DNA of 64,000 bases, from NCBI RefSeq assembly GCF_006345805.1, contig NC_043004.1, forward strand, positions 53,010,001-53,074,000. The letters run 5' to 3'. This DNA is from Octopus sinensis. Lineage: Eukaryota. The notes under the pieces were generated by a model. It was not told where the DNA came from. It searched no databases and saw nothing but the letters and a program-made list of their open reading frames with translations. Positions 41,020 through 53,200 of the stretch are shown here, in pieces. How positions within the stretch are numbered: the first letter of the stretch is position 1; the number at the start of each line of letters is the position of its first letter. Made by a program: the position numbers and the translations under genes.

Positions 41020-41121
41020 GATTGGCTGCTTGGGACAAATGGCGCGAAAGTAAGCGGAGGCAAAGTGCGTCACGTGACAACCAGCGGTGCGAACGTAGTA
41101 GAGACCACGTGTCAGCCAATC
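41020..41121. promoter_or_regulatory. Candidate cis-regulatory cluster (2 CCAAT, E2F, YY1-like, 2 E-boxes)
   Basis: GATTGGCTG 41020-28, TGGCGCGAAA 41040-49, GTCACGTGAC 41069-78, CACGTG 41106-11, CAGCCAATC 41113-21. Confidence 0.4.
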
Positions 41122-41596
41122 GGATTAGTGTTTACAACAATGTTAAACTAGCCGAAGATGTTTGTAATCTCGAACGAGATTATTCTTAATACTCTTCTCA
41201 AACAGTGAAGATAGGAATGAGGGAAACGATATTGCTACACTAGCAACTAACAGAGTATGCCTTAGACTGATTAAAATGTGCAATGTATGTGTATCGATAC
41301 AAAAATAATCTGGATTTAAATCAGTAATTTTGTCAATTATATAAAAAGAAATCAATGAATATTACTAAACGCCAACACTAACGCAAGTACATTCTGGTAA
41401 CGCATACCAGTCGAAACGCACAAGATTGATGTTGGCTTGTCTTTCACTATGTGTATATATACCAATTCTAGCGCTCATTCTGTTCAATGCTCCTTAATAC
41501 ATTTTTATTTTCCTGCAGGCTTCTAATTTTGCTTTTTAGTATTTTAGTATCAACTCGACTTCATCTCCCGGCGTTAATATATCAGTGCTAAAACTG

Positions 41597-41597
<1 letters not shown>

Positions 41598-41657
<60 letters not shown>

Positions 41658-41714
41658 CTCTCTCTCTCTCTCACTCTCACACACTCGTGTGTGTACGTGT
41701 GTGTGTGTATCACA

Positions 41715-41769
<55 letters not shown>

Positions 41770-41949
41770 ATACACACACACACACGCGCGCGCCACATAA
41801 ACTTAACACAGATATATACCGTAGACTTAACCTTACTCTAATACTCTGAGGCGAGTTCAAGTTTGAAAGTATTAGGTATTAGTTCTGTGATATACATACA
41901 TGTATGTATGTATGTATGTATGTATGTATGTATGTATGTATGTATGTAT
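41598..41949. repeat. (CT)n, (CA)n and (TATG)n microsatellites
   Basis: Directly visible. Confidence 0.85.
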
Positions 41950-42253
41950 GTTTGTTCCTTCTCGAGCCATGCCTGGCTCATAAGGGCCGATTTCCCGGTT
42001 TCCTTGGCGTATAGGTTCCACACCTGGACGGGACGCCGGTCCGTCGCAGGTGAGCTGCAAAATGCAGGAGGAAAGAGTGAGAGAATGTTGCGGCGAAAGA
42101 GTCAGCAGAAGTTCGCCATCACCTTCTGCCGGAGCCGAATGGAGCTTAGGTGTTTCGCTCATAAAGAGACACACATCGACCTGTCTGAGATTCAAACCCA
42201 TGATCCCTCGACCACGAGTCCGCTGCTCTTACCACTAGGCCATGTGCCTCCAC
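41950..42253 (-). mobile_element. SINE family D (family C head, different tail) within (TATG)n
   Basis: Head GTGGAGGCACATGGCCTAGTGG, tail CCTGCGACGGACCGGCGTCCCGTCCAGG..GAGAAGGAACAAAC. Second copy at 56304. Confidence 0.9.
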
Positions 42254-42287
<34 letters not shown>

Positions 42288-42349
42288 TGTATGTATGTAT
42301 GTATGTATGTATGTATGTATGTATGTGTATTGATGGTGACTAACGCATG

Positions 42350-43195
42350 CTGTCGGCCAAAAAGCAACTGTTCTCATCAGTTGTGTTGATGATACAAAAG
42401 TTTCAGTGGCTTCAAGAACACAGATGTCACTAAAATTGAAGAAAGATCGGAATACAATGTACAAGTGGGCTGATGAATACAAAATGCAGTTCAAATCTGA
42501 AGATTTCAAGCATTCCATTACCAGACCACAGATAACAAGCGGAATGCACAGGATGTCGGCATATTGCAATGCCAGAGGTAGAGTCGGTATGTGATCTGAG
42601 AATCCACATGTATAATGGTGCAACATTCCATGTACATATTACCAGGGTGTCAACAATGTGCAGGCTAACAGTTGAATGGATTGAGTACATACAGAACCAA
42701 GAGGAAGGATGTTACCTTTAAGGAGAACTTTCTTTCGTATGGCTTACTGCTCCCAACTCTGGTCGCCTCAGAGTGCCTCAGTACGCTACTTGACAAAAAA
42801 TATATACACATTGAAACAGATGAGGTAATAAGAGAGGCTGCGTAAAAAAGAGAGTATGCGTAAAAAAATATGCAGTGATATACATATGGAAGATCCCGGA
42901 AGACCCAGAACTATCTGGGACTGAAATCTCTATACTATCCACGGTACTGCACTCCATAGTACCAATGTTCCTGTCTTCGTCATCTAGAAAAAGAACGCTG
43001 TACCGTAACAGCTTGGCTTTCCAGGCCCACAACTATTCAGCATTCTGTCTAACATGGTAACAGACCTGTAAAGGGTAGATTTAGAGGTGTGCAAAGAGTG
43101 CCTGGACAAATTTATACCTGGGATTCCAGATGAGCTGACATCGCAGCAGGAGACACGGAGAAGAAGAGATCCGTGTAACTTACTATTTCACTAGA
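42350..43195 (+). mobile_element. CR1-group LINE RT C-terminal fragment, decayed
   Basis: VDDTKV, MYKWADEYKMQFK, YCSQLWSPQS, IYIWKI; related to 33886-34520. Confidence 0.75.
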
Positions 43196-43220
43196 AACAA
43201 TACTGAAGAGAAACCGGGTC

Positions 43221-43268
<48 letters not shown>

Positions 43269-43284
43269 CACACACAAACACACA

Positions 43285-44300
43285 CTACCAATGGATCCCG
43301 GCGTTGCTCGGGTGTTATGACTTATAACCGTATCGTATTATTTGTTCCTTTCTTATTGGCAGAATTGGCACAGCTGATATATAGTGAAGGGGGAAGGTAC
43401 AATTTGCATGGGTTTGCATGAAGATGCTTTCTCTTCTGAAGAGGGATTACAAACTATGTATTGTTTGATCCTATAAAACAGGCTATTACGGTTTTGCCCA
43501 GAGATCACGTTTTCAGATTTTGATTTCCCCACGTCTTCACCGCAATTTCTTAATTTGTAATCTTTTTTCGAATTTTATTTCTTTTTTTTTTACCCATGTA
43601 GAAAAATATAGAGATTACGAATCTAGGAAATATATATTTGTTATAAAGTTTAATTCCTCAGCCTCGCCCACTCATCACCTACCCGCTTTCGAAAAGCTAA
43701 AACATCCCAATGTTACACTTGTGTCTGATGTTACATGCATGCGAAGAATTGTACTGAAATAGCTGACGTGCTAATTTCAGACCACCACCAGAAAAGCCAA
43801 CATTATTTCTGAAGAAACTTCTCCGCTTTCCAGAAACCCAGGAGTGAAACATTGTGAGTTTGTAGCTTTTTAAAAGTGGTACGGTGATGGGTGGATGTTT
43901 GGGAAGGTTTTAGTATTTCCTCAATAAGAAGAAACTTATTAAAGATTCGTACTCACAGTTTCTTCTCCATGGATTGTCAAGAAAAAATGAAAAAAGTAAA
44001 AAAATTAAATAATTGCGGTGGGGAGGGAGAAAATTAAGATACTGAGAACGTATTTTGGGGGCAAAATCATAATCCCATGTATCGAAAACACAGGAAGAAA
44101 TTTAGTTAAAAATAAGGCGAGAGGGGTGCCAATATCACCTCGGACATGCTAGAAACAACAGCTAAAGGACAGGATCTCTGAGAAAACTTCCTTTTAAAGG
44201 AGTTCACCACAAATACGATTTGCCAAATAGAAAAAGGTTATTTCAATTGGATTTGAGCTGAAATTTTGTGGGTATGCACAACGAGAAATAACATATTTCG
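43285..44300 (-). mobile_element. Helitron-like element; 3' end defined, 5' limit uncertain
   Basis: Same hairpin (CCCGGCGTTGCTCGGG at 43297-43312) as the 39879 element, followed by GTAG|T on the minus strand. Confidence 0.5.
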
Positions 44301-45193
44301 TACAGAACTTTTACCTAGAGAGAGAGAGAGAAAGAAAGAAAGAGTGTGTGTGTGTCTGTGACAAAGGAAGCTATTTCATGTCATTTTTTCGTTTGAATTA
44401 GCAAAGTTGTCAACTCGATTATATGGCCGATCATATGGGTTCATATGTTTGCTTGTTAATTTCCGTAATTATTTTTATTTCGTTATGCTCTGAAGAGAGC
44501 AGAAAGTGAAAGATATATGTATGTGCATAGGGAATGGACGTGTGTGTGTGTGTGTACATAACAGAGAGTGAAAGAGAGAGAGGGGGGACAAAGAGTGAGT
44601 GAAGGTGTGTGTTGTATGTATTAATTTGCATGTTTGTGTAAGTTGCACTCGCTCTTTCTCTCTCTATCTCTCTCTCCCTCTCTCTTTCTTTCTCACACAC
44701 ATTACCTTTCATATACACGTACATAAACACATTTGCATACATCTTTTTTGAATATACATGATCGTGTCCGTGTGTATGTAAAAGAGAGAGAGTGAGTGAC
44801 TATATATCCTCATAACATACAGAGAAATTGATGTCTGAATGAATTTTTTTCCTCTTTCCTCCCCTATTACTTTCGACCAATACCATTCTCCTCCTAGCAT
44901 ACCTATCTATTCCCTTCTCTCTATCTACTTACCCCTACCTGTACGTCCTCAAAATTTCATTCACACCACAAGACCCTTTGAATGACAAGCACATGAATTT
45001 TGTCTCCACACTATCCATTTAAAGTAACAAAATATGAAATTCCATCGGAATCTATATAGCATGGATAAGAAGTATTTCTACCCATTCTACATAGCACTTT
45101 CCTTGGATAATGGAACTGCAAATGTAACATCATACATATATTTCTATTTTTAGTTTTATTCTACTATTTCCCTCTATATAACTCTCTCATATC

Positions 45194-45241
45194 GTCTCTG
45201 ATGAATGGATATCCCTAATATCCCAGAAACAGCTGTAAGAC
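45194..45241 (+). ncRNA. Type I minimal hammerhead ribozyme motif
   Basis: GTCT-CTGATGA-AT-GGATAT(CCCTA)ATATCC-CA-GAAA-C(AGCT)G-TA-AGAC. Intact core, GUA cleavage triplet, 4-bp stem I, palindromic stem III; base of stem II imperfect. Confidence 0.7.
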
Positions 45242-45407
45242 TACCTTTCTCTTTATAGATCTCCTACAGAATCCACACAGCCTTGGCTTTGATGTCTCAT
45301 TTTATTGAACATATCCATTCTCATACAAGACCCGCATTATACTCCTCACTCCTATTATTATCGAACCGAGAGTCTAACTACGGTTCTATCGTAGCACTTA
45401 CATAGCC

Positions 45408-45725
45408 TTTGCTATAGCCCCGGGCCGACCAATGCCTTGTGAGTGGATTTGGTAGACGGAAACTGAAAGAAGCCTGTCGTATATATGTATATATATATAT
45501 GTATGTGTGTGTGTTTGTGTGTCTGTGTTTGTTCCCCTAGCATTGCTTGACAACCGATACTGGTGTGTTTACGTCCCCGTCACTTAGCGGTTCAGCAAAA
45601 GAGACCGATAGAATAAGTACTAGGCTTACAAAGAATAAGTCCCGGGGTCGATTTGCTCGACTAAAAGGCGGTGCCTCAGCATGGCCGCAGTCAAATGACT
45701 GAAACAAGTAAAAGCGTAAAAGAGT
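45408..45725 (+). mobile_element. SINE family B, 5'-truncated
   Basis: High identity to the 10283 and 27090 copies. Confidence 0.9.
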
Positions 45726-47269
45726 ATATATGCTATTTTATTCATTAGATTAGAATTTTTTACTGAAAAAATCTGCTTTTCAATTCAATAACATTCCTGA
45801 CTATTGATCTCTTGAACACCATTCCAGACCCCTAAATAGAATACATATACAAGAAGAAACTTTAACAAAATATCAAATATATACTCAACTACACACAGAA
45901 TATGAGACCAATCTGTTTTCCATTTCCTCATCTTCGATTTTTTACCTTTTCATAAAATGGACTTACACTTCAATTTATATATTAAAATACCTATCTTAAT
46001 CGATTAAAGGGTAAAAATTTAAAAGGTCTTGAAGCATACTTCAATGCAGTGATTGCGTGTTTTTATATGTATGTATACATATTTGATAAGGTAAACCATT
46101 GTTAGTTAAAATCACTCTTAAATTTTAGGATTGGTAATTCAGTTGGTTTGCTATTTCGTTCTATATGAAATTGGAAATGTAAAGAAAGTGGAGCGGTTAA
46201 AATAATAAAAGTAGATAGAGAAGGTTAGCTATTTTATCAAAATGAACATCTACGTAAAATGGGGGTGCACACCATGTTGTTTTACTATAGAACTGAGAAT
46301 GGGGTTGCTAAAATTCTAGTAGGTTCGAAGAAAATTTTAGGGAGAAAAAAGGATGAAGAAATGGGTTGATGACATTTGAATTAGTTTCAAGTATTAAAAC
46401 GTGATAAATATTTGAATAATAGATAATGCTTATGAATGGCAAGTTTAAAATCATTTTAGAGAAAGTGTTTCGGTATAACTCTTTCTAGGTAATATCATTA
46501 AATCAATAATATATTTAAAGGATTAAGATATGGAAACAACCGAAAGCAGTGATATATCGTTATAGGAATTTAGTTTTGTTTCTGTTTCAGTAATTCAAGA
46601 CGTATTTCTCTTAGAGCCAATCTACGAAAACGCTTGTAAATCGCACATTTGAATTTAATGTAAATTACTTTTATAATTAAAATATATAAATATTACGCGG
46701 TTAGAGATCAACAGCCAAATGTGTGAAATATGCTTAATTTCATAATGCTGTGTTGAATAGTCGCATGAATATAAGGGGATGGAAGGAACATGTACAGGAT
46801 TAATGCATTATATTATTAAATTGTTTATTAAGTGTAATATAAACAGAAGGAAACGTAGTTAAATTCTGTACATTTTCTTTTAGCTTTATAACGATTCTCT
46901 CATAATCTTAAACAGAAGACCTTATGTTCTGTGACCGGGTAGCTACGATAATAGTAATATTGTTGTGTGAAGCTACTGAGGCCGATTTACTCTGCAAGTC
47001 AGAAAATATCTGCTGTTATATCATTATTTCATTGAGAATGAAGAGATACAAAAAACTACAGGGCCTTAATTATACATTTTAAGACCCCCAACTGAAGTCA
47101 TGAGTATATGGGATTTTACAAATGGTGATATGAAAAATCACCTTTACTTTGAAAGACCGACTCTAGACACGAGTTCTCATTACTACGTCAAAATAACACT
47201 CTCAATCCTCAAGTATCCTAGTGTGCTAACGATTCTGGAAATCGACTTCTTGATAAAACTAATAAATAT

Positions 47270-47470
47270 TTCTGCTATAGATAGAAAATTGAGCGAGGGG
47301 TTTAGTTGATTATATCAACCCTAGTGCTCAACTGATACATTTTTATCGACCCCGAAAAGTTGAAAGGCAAGGTCGGCCTTGGCATTATTTGAAATCAGGT
47401 CGTAAACACGGAAGGAATATCACTAAGCATTTAGCCCAGCGTTCTAACGATTCGTCCTGCTCCCTGCCTT
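47270..47470 (-). mobile_element. SINE family A, diverged
   Basis: TTTTATCGACCCCGAAAAGTTGAAAGGCAAGGTCG core. Confidence 0.75.
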
Positions 47471-47903
47471 ACTCTTTTACTTGTTTCAGTCAGTTGACTG
47501 TGGCCATGCTGGAGCACCGCCTTTAGTCGAACAAATCGACCCCAGGACTTATTCTTTGTAAGCCTACTACTTATTCTATCGGTCACTTTTGCCTAACCGC
47601 TAAGTTACGGGGACGTAAACACACCAGTATCCGTTGCCAAGCGATGTTGAGGGGGAGGGCAAACACAGACACGCAAACACACAGACACACACACATATAT
47701 ATATATATACATATATTTATATATACATATATATATATATATATGAAAGGGTTCTTTCAGTTTCCGTCTACCAAATCCACTCACAAGGCCTTGGTCAGCC
47801 CGAGGCTATAGTAGAAGACACTTGCCCAAGATTTCACGCAGTGGGACTGAACCCAGAACCATATGGTTGGTAAGGAAGCTACTTACCCTACAGCCACTCC
47901 TGC
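47471..47903 (-). mobile_element. SINE family B
   Basis: Full-length reverse-complement copy. Confidence 0.9.
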
Positions 47904-47924
47904 CCCTTAATAACAACAACAAGT

Positions 47925-48931
47925 CTTTCTATTATAGGCATCAGGCTTGATATTTTGTGGGCGTAGCCTATTCAATTACATCGACCTTACTGCTAAACTG
48001 GTATTTATTTAATCTATCCCGGAATGAAGAAAAGCAAAACCAAACTCGGCTTGAGTTGGACTCAAAACATAAAGACGGACGAAATGCTGCTAAGACACAC
48101 AAAACCCGGTCTCGTATCGATACTGGTAGCTCGATGTCTTAATAATAATTCTTTCTTCTGGAATAAGGAAGCCTGAAATTTGGGGGAGAGAGCAAGTCGA
48201 TTACATCGTCGACATTGGCGGAATTTGAACTCAGAACGTAGCATTTCATCCAATGTGCTAAAAATTCAGCCAACTTGGCACCTTAATAATAATAATGATA
48301 ATAATAATCCTTTCTATTGTAGGCAGAAAGCCTGAAATTGTGGTGGGAGGGAAATAAGTCGATTAAATCAAGCCCAGTGTTTCAGTGGTACTTAAGTTAT
48401 CGATTCCGAAAGGATGAAGGTAAAGTCATCCGCGGCGGAATTTGAACTCAGAACATAAAGACAGGCGAAATGCCACTATTTTGCAGGGCGTGCTAATGAT
48501 TCGGCCAGCTCGTTGCTGTAATAATAGTAATAATGATTTCAAATTTTGCCACAAGGGTAGCCATTTTAGAGGAGGGGATGAGTCGAATACATTGACCCCA
48601 GTGTTTCACTGGTAAATAATTTATCGACTCCTAAATATGAAAGTCAAATTCGACCTCGGCGGTAATTGAACTTAGAACGTAGCAACACTCGAAATACCTA
48701 TTTCTTTACTACCCACAAGGGGCTAAACACAGAGAGGATAAACAAGGACTGACAAACGGATTAAGTCGATTATATCGACCACAGTGCGTAACTGGTACTT
48801 ATTTAATCGACGCCGAAAGGATGAAAAGCAAAGTCGAGCTCGGTGGGATTTGAACTCAGAACGTAGCGATAAACGAAGTACCGCTAAGTATTTCGCCCGG
48901 CATGCTAATGATTCTGCCAGCTCGCTGCCTT
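47925..48931 (-). mobile_element. Tandem stack of about five family A SINE units, mostly separated by (AAT)n spacers
   Basis: Repeated TTTGAACTCAGAAC / AAGTCGATT motifs at ~48055, 48225, 48440, 48665 and 48850. Confidence 0.85.
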
Positions 48932-48953
48932 AATAATAACAATGATGATGATG

Positions 48954-48986
<33 letters not shown>

Positions 48987-49744
48987 GTTTATATTCATTA
49001 CATAACACACGCATGTGTCTTAAATTGGCAATAAAATCTTTCAGTTATTTACTAGTGTTAGAATCAAATATTCGACGCATATATACGGTCTGACCCATAG
49101 ACTCTCTCATTACACACTCATACAGGTACTCACACTCACTCATGCACGCGTATGTGCATACAGCTAACATGCTTACACAGACAGCAATCCACACACACAA
49201 ACAGGCACACAAAAGCATACACACACACACACATATTGCATGTGACATGGTCAGGGAACCTTACATATATTGCATAATTATTTAGTCAGTTTCGATATAA
49301 TTGGACTAATTAATGGCTTAATTAATGTGGTGCTGTAATAACAATTATTAATTCTCATTAACGTTCTACATGAATATGTAAAGATGGCCAGAAATGATGA
49401 GATTACATGGAATCTTGATCAGAATTAAAGACAAACCGTGGTGGAGAAAATAAGAAAGAAACGATGATTTGTAGAGATATATTAGTGTTAGTTGGACAGA
49501 GATGATATAATGATGAAACAAATATTTGTCATAAATATACATTACATATAATTTGCACAAATGTGTGTCTATAATTTGCTGGGTATAAAACCGTAATATT
49601 ACATCGCCCTTGCGTTTAGCGCGTGTATAGTTCATTATATGTATGACATATGTAAGGTAAACGGAAATTACAGATTGCAACTTCAAAGTTTCCTGTGAGG
49701 AAATTTATAAGCGAATGTATTAAATAACTAATTACAGAAGGTGT

Positions 49745-50210
49745 GAAGGTGTCGAGGTAACAGAACCGTTAGCTCGTCAAACAAAATGCCTAGCAGCTTT
49801 CTTCCGACTTGTGATGTTGTGAGTTGAAATACTGCCAAGGTCGACTTAGCCATTCAAATGATCGTAGTCGATGAAATAATCAGCAGTCGAAAACTGGGGT
49901 CGATGTAGTGAACTGTCTTCAAGGCGGCGAGCTGGCAGAAACGTTAGCACGCCGGGCGAAATGCCTAGCTGTATTTCGTCTGTCTTTACTTTTTGAGTTC
50001 AAAATCCGCCGAGGTCGACTTTGCCTTTCATCCTTTCCGGGTCGATAAATTAAGTACCAGTGAAACACTGAGGTCGATGTCATCGACTTAATCCCTTTGT
50101 CTGTCCTTATTTATCTCCTCTATGTTTAGCCCCTTGTGGGCAATAAAGAAATAAGACATAAGAAACTGTCTTCTCTTTCTCTTAAAACTGCTGACCTTGT
50201 GCCAAAATAA
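49745..50210 (+). mobile_element. Young family A SINE (49921-50163) nested in an older family A copy
   Basis: AACTGTCTTC duplicated at 49911-20 and 50164-73; the old copy continues on both sides. Confidence 0.85.
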
Positions 50211-53200
50211 ATAAAAGAACTACATAGGGTGAGTCAAAAATATTTCTCACATTTAACATGTTGAGAAATGTTTCAACAGCAAGTGCATATTTTGTATCTG
50301 TTCAAATCCTGATGGTGTTTAGAAAGTGGAGGGTGGTCGTTAGAAAAACAGAAAATTTGAAGGCAAAACTAACAACGTCATCAATAAAATCTGATAGGTG
50401 ATTTCTGATTAGTTGTTTCTGTTATCAAATGAGCGCGTAATCAGAACAAGTGAAATTGTTTATTGTTTACCTCAAATAGATCTTGTGAAAATATAAATCG
50501 GCATTTAACGAATTTTTAGCTTTTCTGGCGAACCCTATTTTCACATGCTTATTTTCATAAGCGCCACAGGAATGGCCATGTAAAAATGGGTAGTTCTTGG
50601 TTTTTCTGACGCACATTATATAAACAGTTTCATATGAAATTTATATATATATGTTAGATGCAGTATGAACGAATGTTTAAGAAGTGCCCTTCATAGCTAC
50701 AGGATCTTCGATTTGTTCCACTGCATTGCAAATTGGACAAGAATTATTTTCTATAACCTTGACAAAACCTATACGTTGTAGGTGAACTGTATAGACGTGG
50801 CTATGAATAAATGATATAGTCTTGTGAAAAACTGTGTGTGGTTGATTGTGTATAAGAATTAAATTACGGGTACATGTGTTTGTGGAATGACCCCACACCC
50901 ACCGCTTATAGGCTACTACAACGAGCAATAAATTCAGTTGATAGGACAACTGAATAACTATTGTCGAACGATGGAGATCCATCAGTCAACAATGTATTAT
51001 ATATATGACAAACACTGGTGTATATAATTATTCAAACTCATTTTATCTCTAATACATTTGTCGCAAATATATATCTCCTAGGTTACACTACGTTTAGTTT
51101 CTCGTTAATTCTAATCAAACTTGGAAATAATTGCACCATTTTTAGTCATCTTTATACATTCATGTACAACGCTATTAAGTATTAATCATTGTTATCATAG
51201 CTATACTTTAATTAAACCCTTAATTAAACCATTAATTGTATGTAACCTCGCAAAATAATTATTCAATACGTGTAATATTTCCTAGACACATCACATTTAA
51301 TGTGCGTCGATGTGTATGTGCGTTTGTATGGAAGAGAGGCAGAGCAGGAGGTAAGAGAAGAGGAGTGAGAGTGTATGAGCGGGGTGGTGGATGTTATTTC
51401 AATATCGTTAACTCTATGATGCTAACTAACGAAAGGAATAACTGAAATATTTTATCACCAACATTAGAGACAAAACTGGACAATGTGATTGCCATACAAG
51501 ACGTGATTTATTATTTATAAACAATGTTTTGTTATTGGATGAGTAGAAATGTGAGTGTGCCGAACATTGGTACGTCCTGAGTTCAAATATCGCCGAGGAC
51601 ATCTATGTCTTTTTGCTCCCAGAAATTGTTAAAATAAAATTATCAGTAAAGTATTACGTCCAGGTTTATTCAGGAAACACTCTTCTCAAATTTTTGGTGG
51701 TTCGTCAATGATCGAAGGTAGAAATTATTATTGCTGTTGTTGTTTTTCTTGTTAGACAGGGATCAGTTCGAAACTCGTGAGTTATTTTAATGTTGATTTT
51801 GTTGCTTTCAACAACTTTCTTTAAATATTTTCGCCCCCTTGTGGAGGAATATGTGTGTTCTACAGTCCATCCGTAAAAAAAAGGAATCAAAGTATTGTAT
51901 CGACTTTCACCAGTAACCGGAAAAAAAAACCCTTTGACTTCAAGAACAACAGCATCAACTTGGAATGCGGAAATTACAACAGCAACAGCAACAGTAACAA
52001 TGCAAGCAACAGAAGATACACTACGGCTACGGACCCTAACATTGCAGACAACAGCAACAGTCCTCGGATCTTTTCACTTTGACCGGCAAATTTAAAAAAC
52101 AATTTTTTGTAACATTTAAACTTCGTATACTGGTAGAATGTGTCACATAAAACATCTTTTTCTCTTGGCGTTCTTGAGATAATTCTGTAGTTTGTAAGCT
52201 ATTTGTTGTTAAATTTCTCGTATTTCAGCAATTTCAACCAATCAATGACTTTTGAGGTGAATACAATTACTGCTGTTGTTTGTCAACAAGAAGTTCCGGT
52301 GGTGTATATTTCGTTTAAGAAACAGATTGAAATGCAATAAAATAGATCTTCCCAGAAATAGAGCGCCCACAAAGTGTATTGTGGTATTTGTTCTTACAAT
52401 TTACGTTTAAATCCCGCCGACGTGAAAGTTGACTTTCATAATTAAGGTGCTGATAAAACGATATAACAAACAATTCCTGCAGACGAGAGTATTGTCTACT
52501 GCTCTCCCCTAGAATTGCTGGCCAACATTTGAAACCACGACGAGAACGAGTTTGTAGAATTCTTTCAACGTCTAAAAATATTTTGCGGTGTTCCTTTCGT
52601 TTCATTATGTTCTTAGTTCATATTCCATCGAAGACGGCTTTGATTTTAAACCCTCAGGGCTCGCTAAAATGTAGTAACTATCAAATAACTGGGATTGGTG
52701 CTATCAAAAAGCTCCTTGCGCTCGAAGTTTCTGGTCTTCTTCCAAAACTTAAGGCTAATATTATTATTAGGATTTTAAAAAAAGACAAACTTCTTGAAAT
52801 ATAACTATATTTGTGGTATTTTTTTATATAATATAAAATTTTGCGTTCAAACCCTACCGAATTCTGCTTTGAATTTTAACTTGCTGATGTAAATAAAATA
52901 AGGCATATATTGCCTTCTGAAATCGTTTGTAATGCACCTTAAATTATTTGCTGATATGAGTAGTCGTTAAACATCCTCATTACAGCTTGTGGTTGGCAGA
53001 AGTAATGCTTTTGAAATCCAATAGATAGTTCGTTCAAAAGCCACAGGAAGTGTTTACGAAAGAATATTGATATCGTTAACATTTCAAAAATATAGAGAGA
53101 AGTTTTTCACGAACGTAATGTGTTTGAACTTTGCTGTGGTTGCAAGCTTGTCATGAAAATTGTTTACATTATTTCCCAACAAAATGCATATATTCTTTTA

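Noticed and set aside
41394-41425. Hairpin CTGGTA/TACCAG followed by CGAAAC
   Set aside because: No CUGANGA-like element or stem I/III, so not counted as a hammerhead
47925-48931. Repeat-spacer-like periodicity suggestive of a CRISPR-type array
   Set aside because: Units are 130-230 bp SINE copies of irregular length in eukaryotic DNA; no cas genes
49275-49345. Clusters of TAATTA homeodomain-like sites (also ~17825 and ~51200)
   Set aside because: Expected frequently in such AT-rich DNA; no independent support
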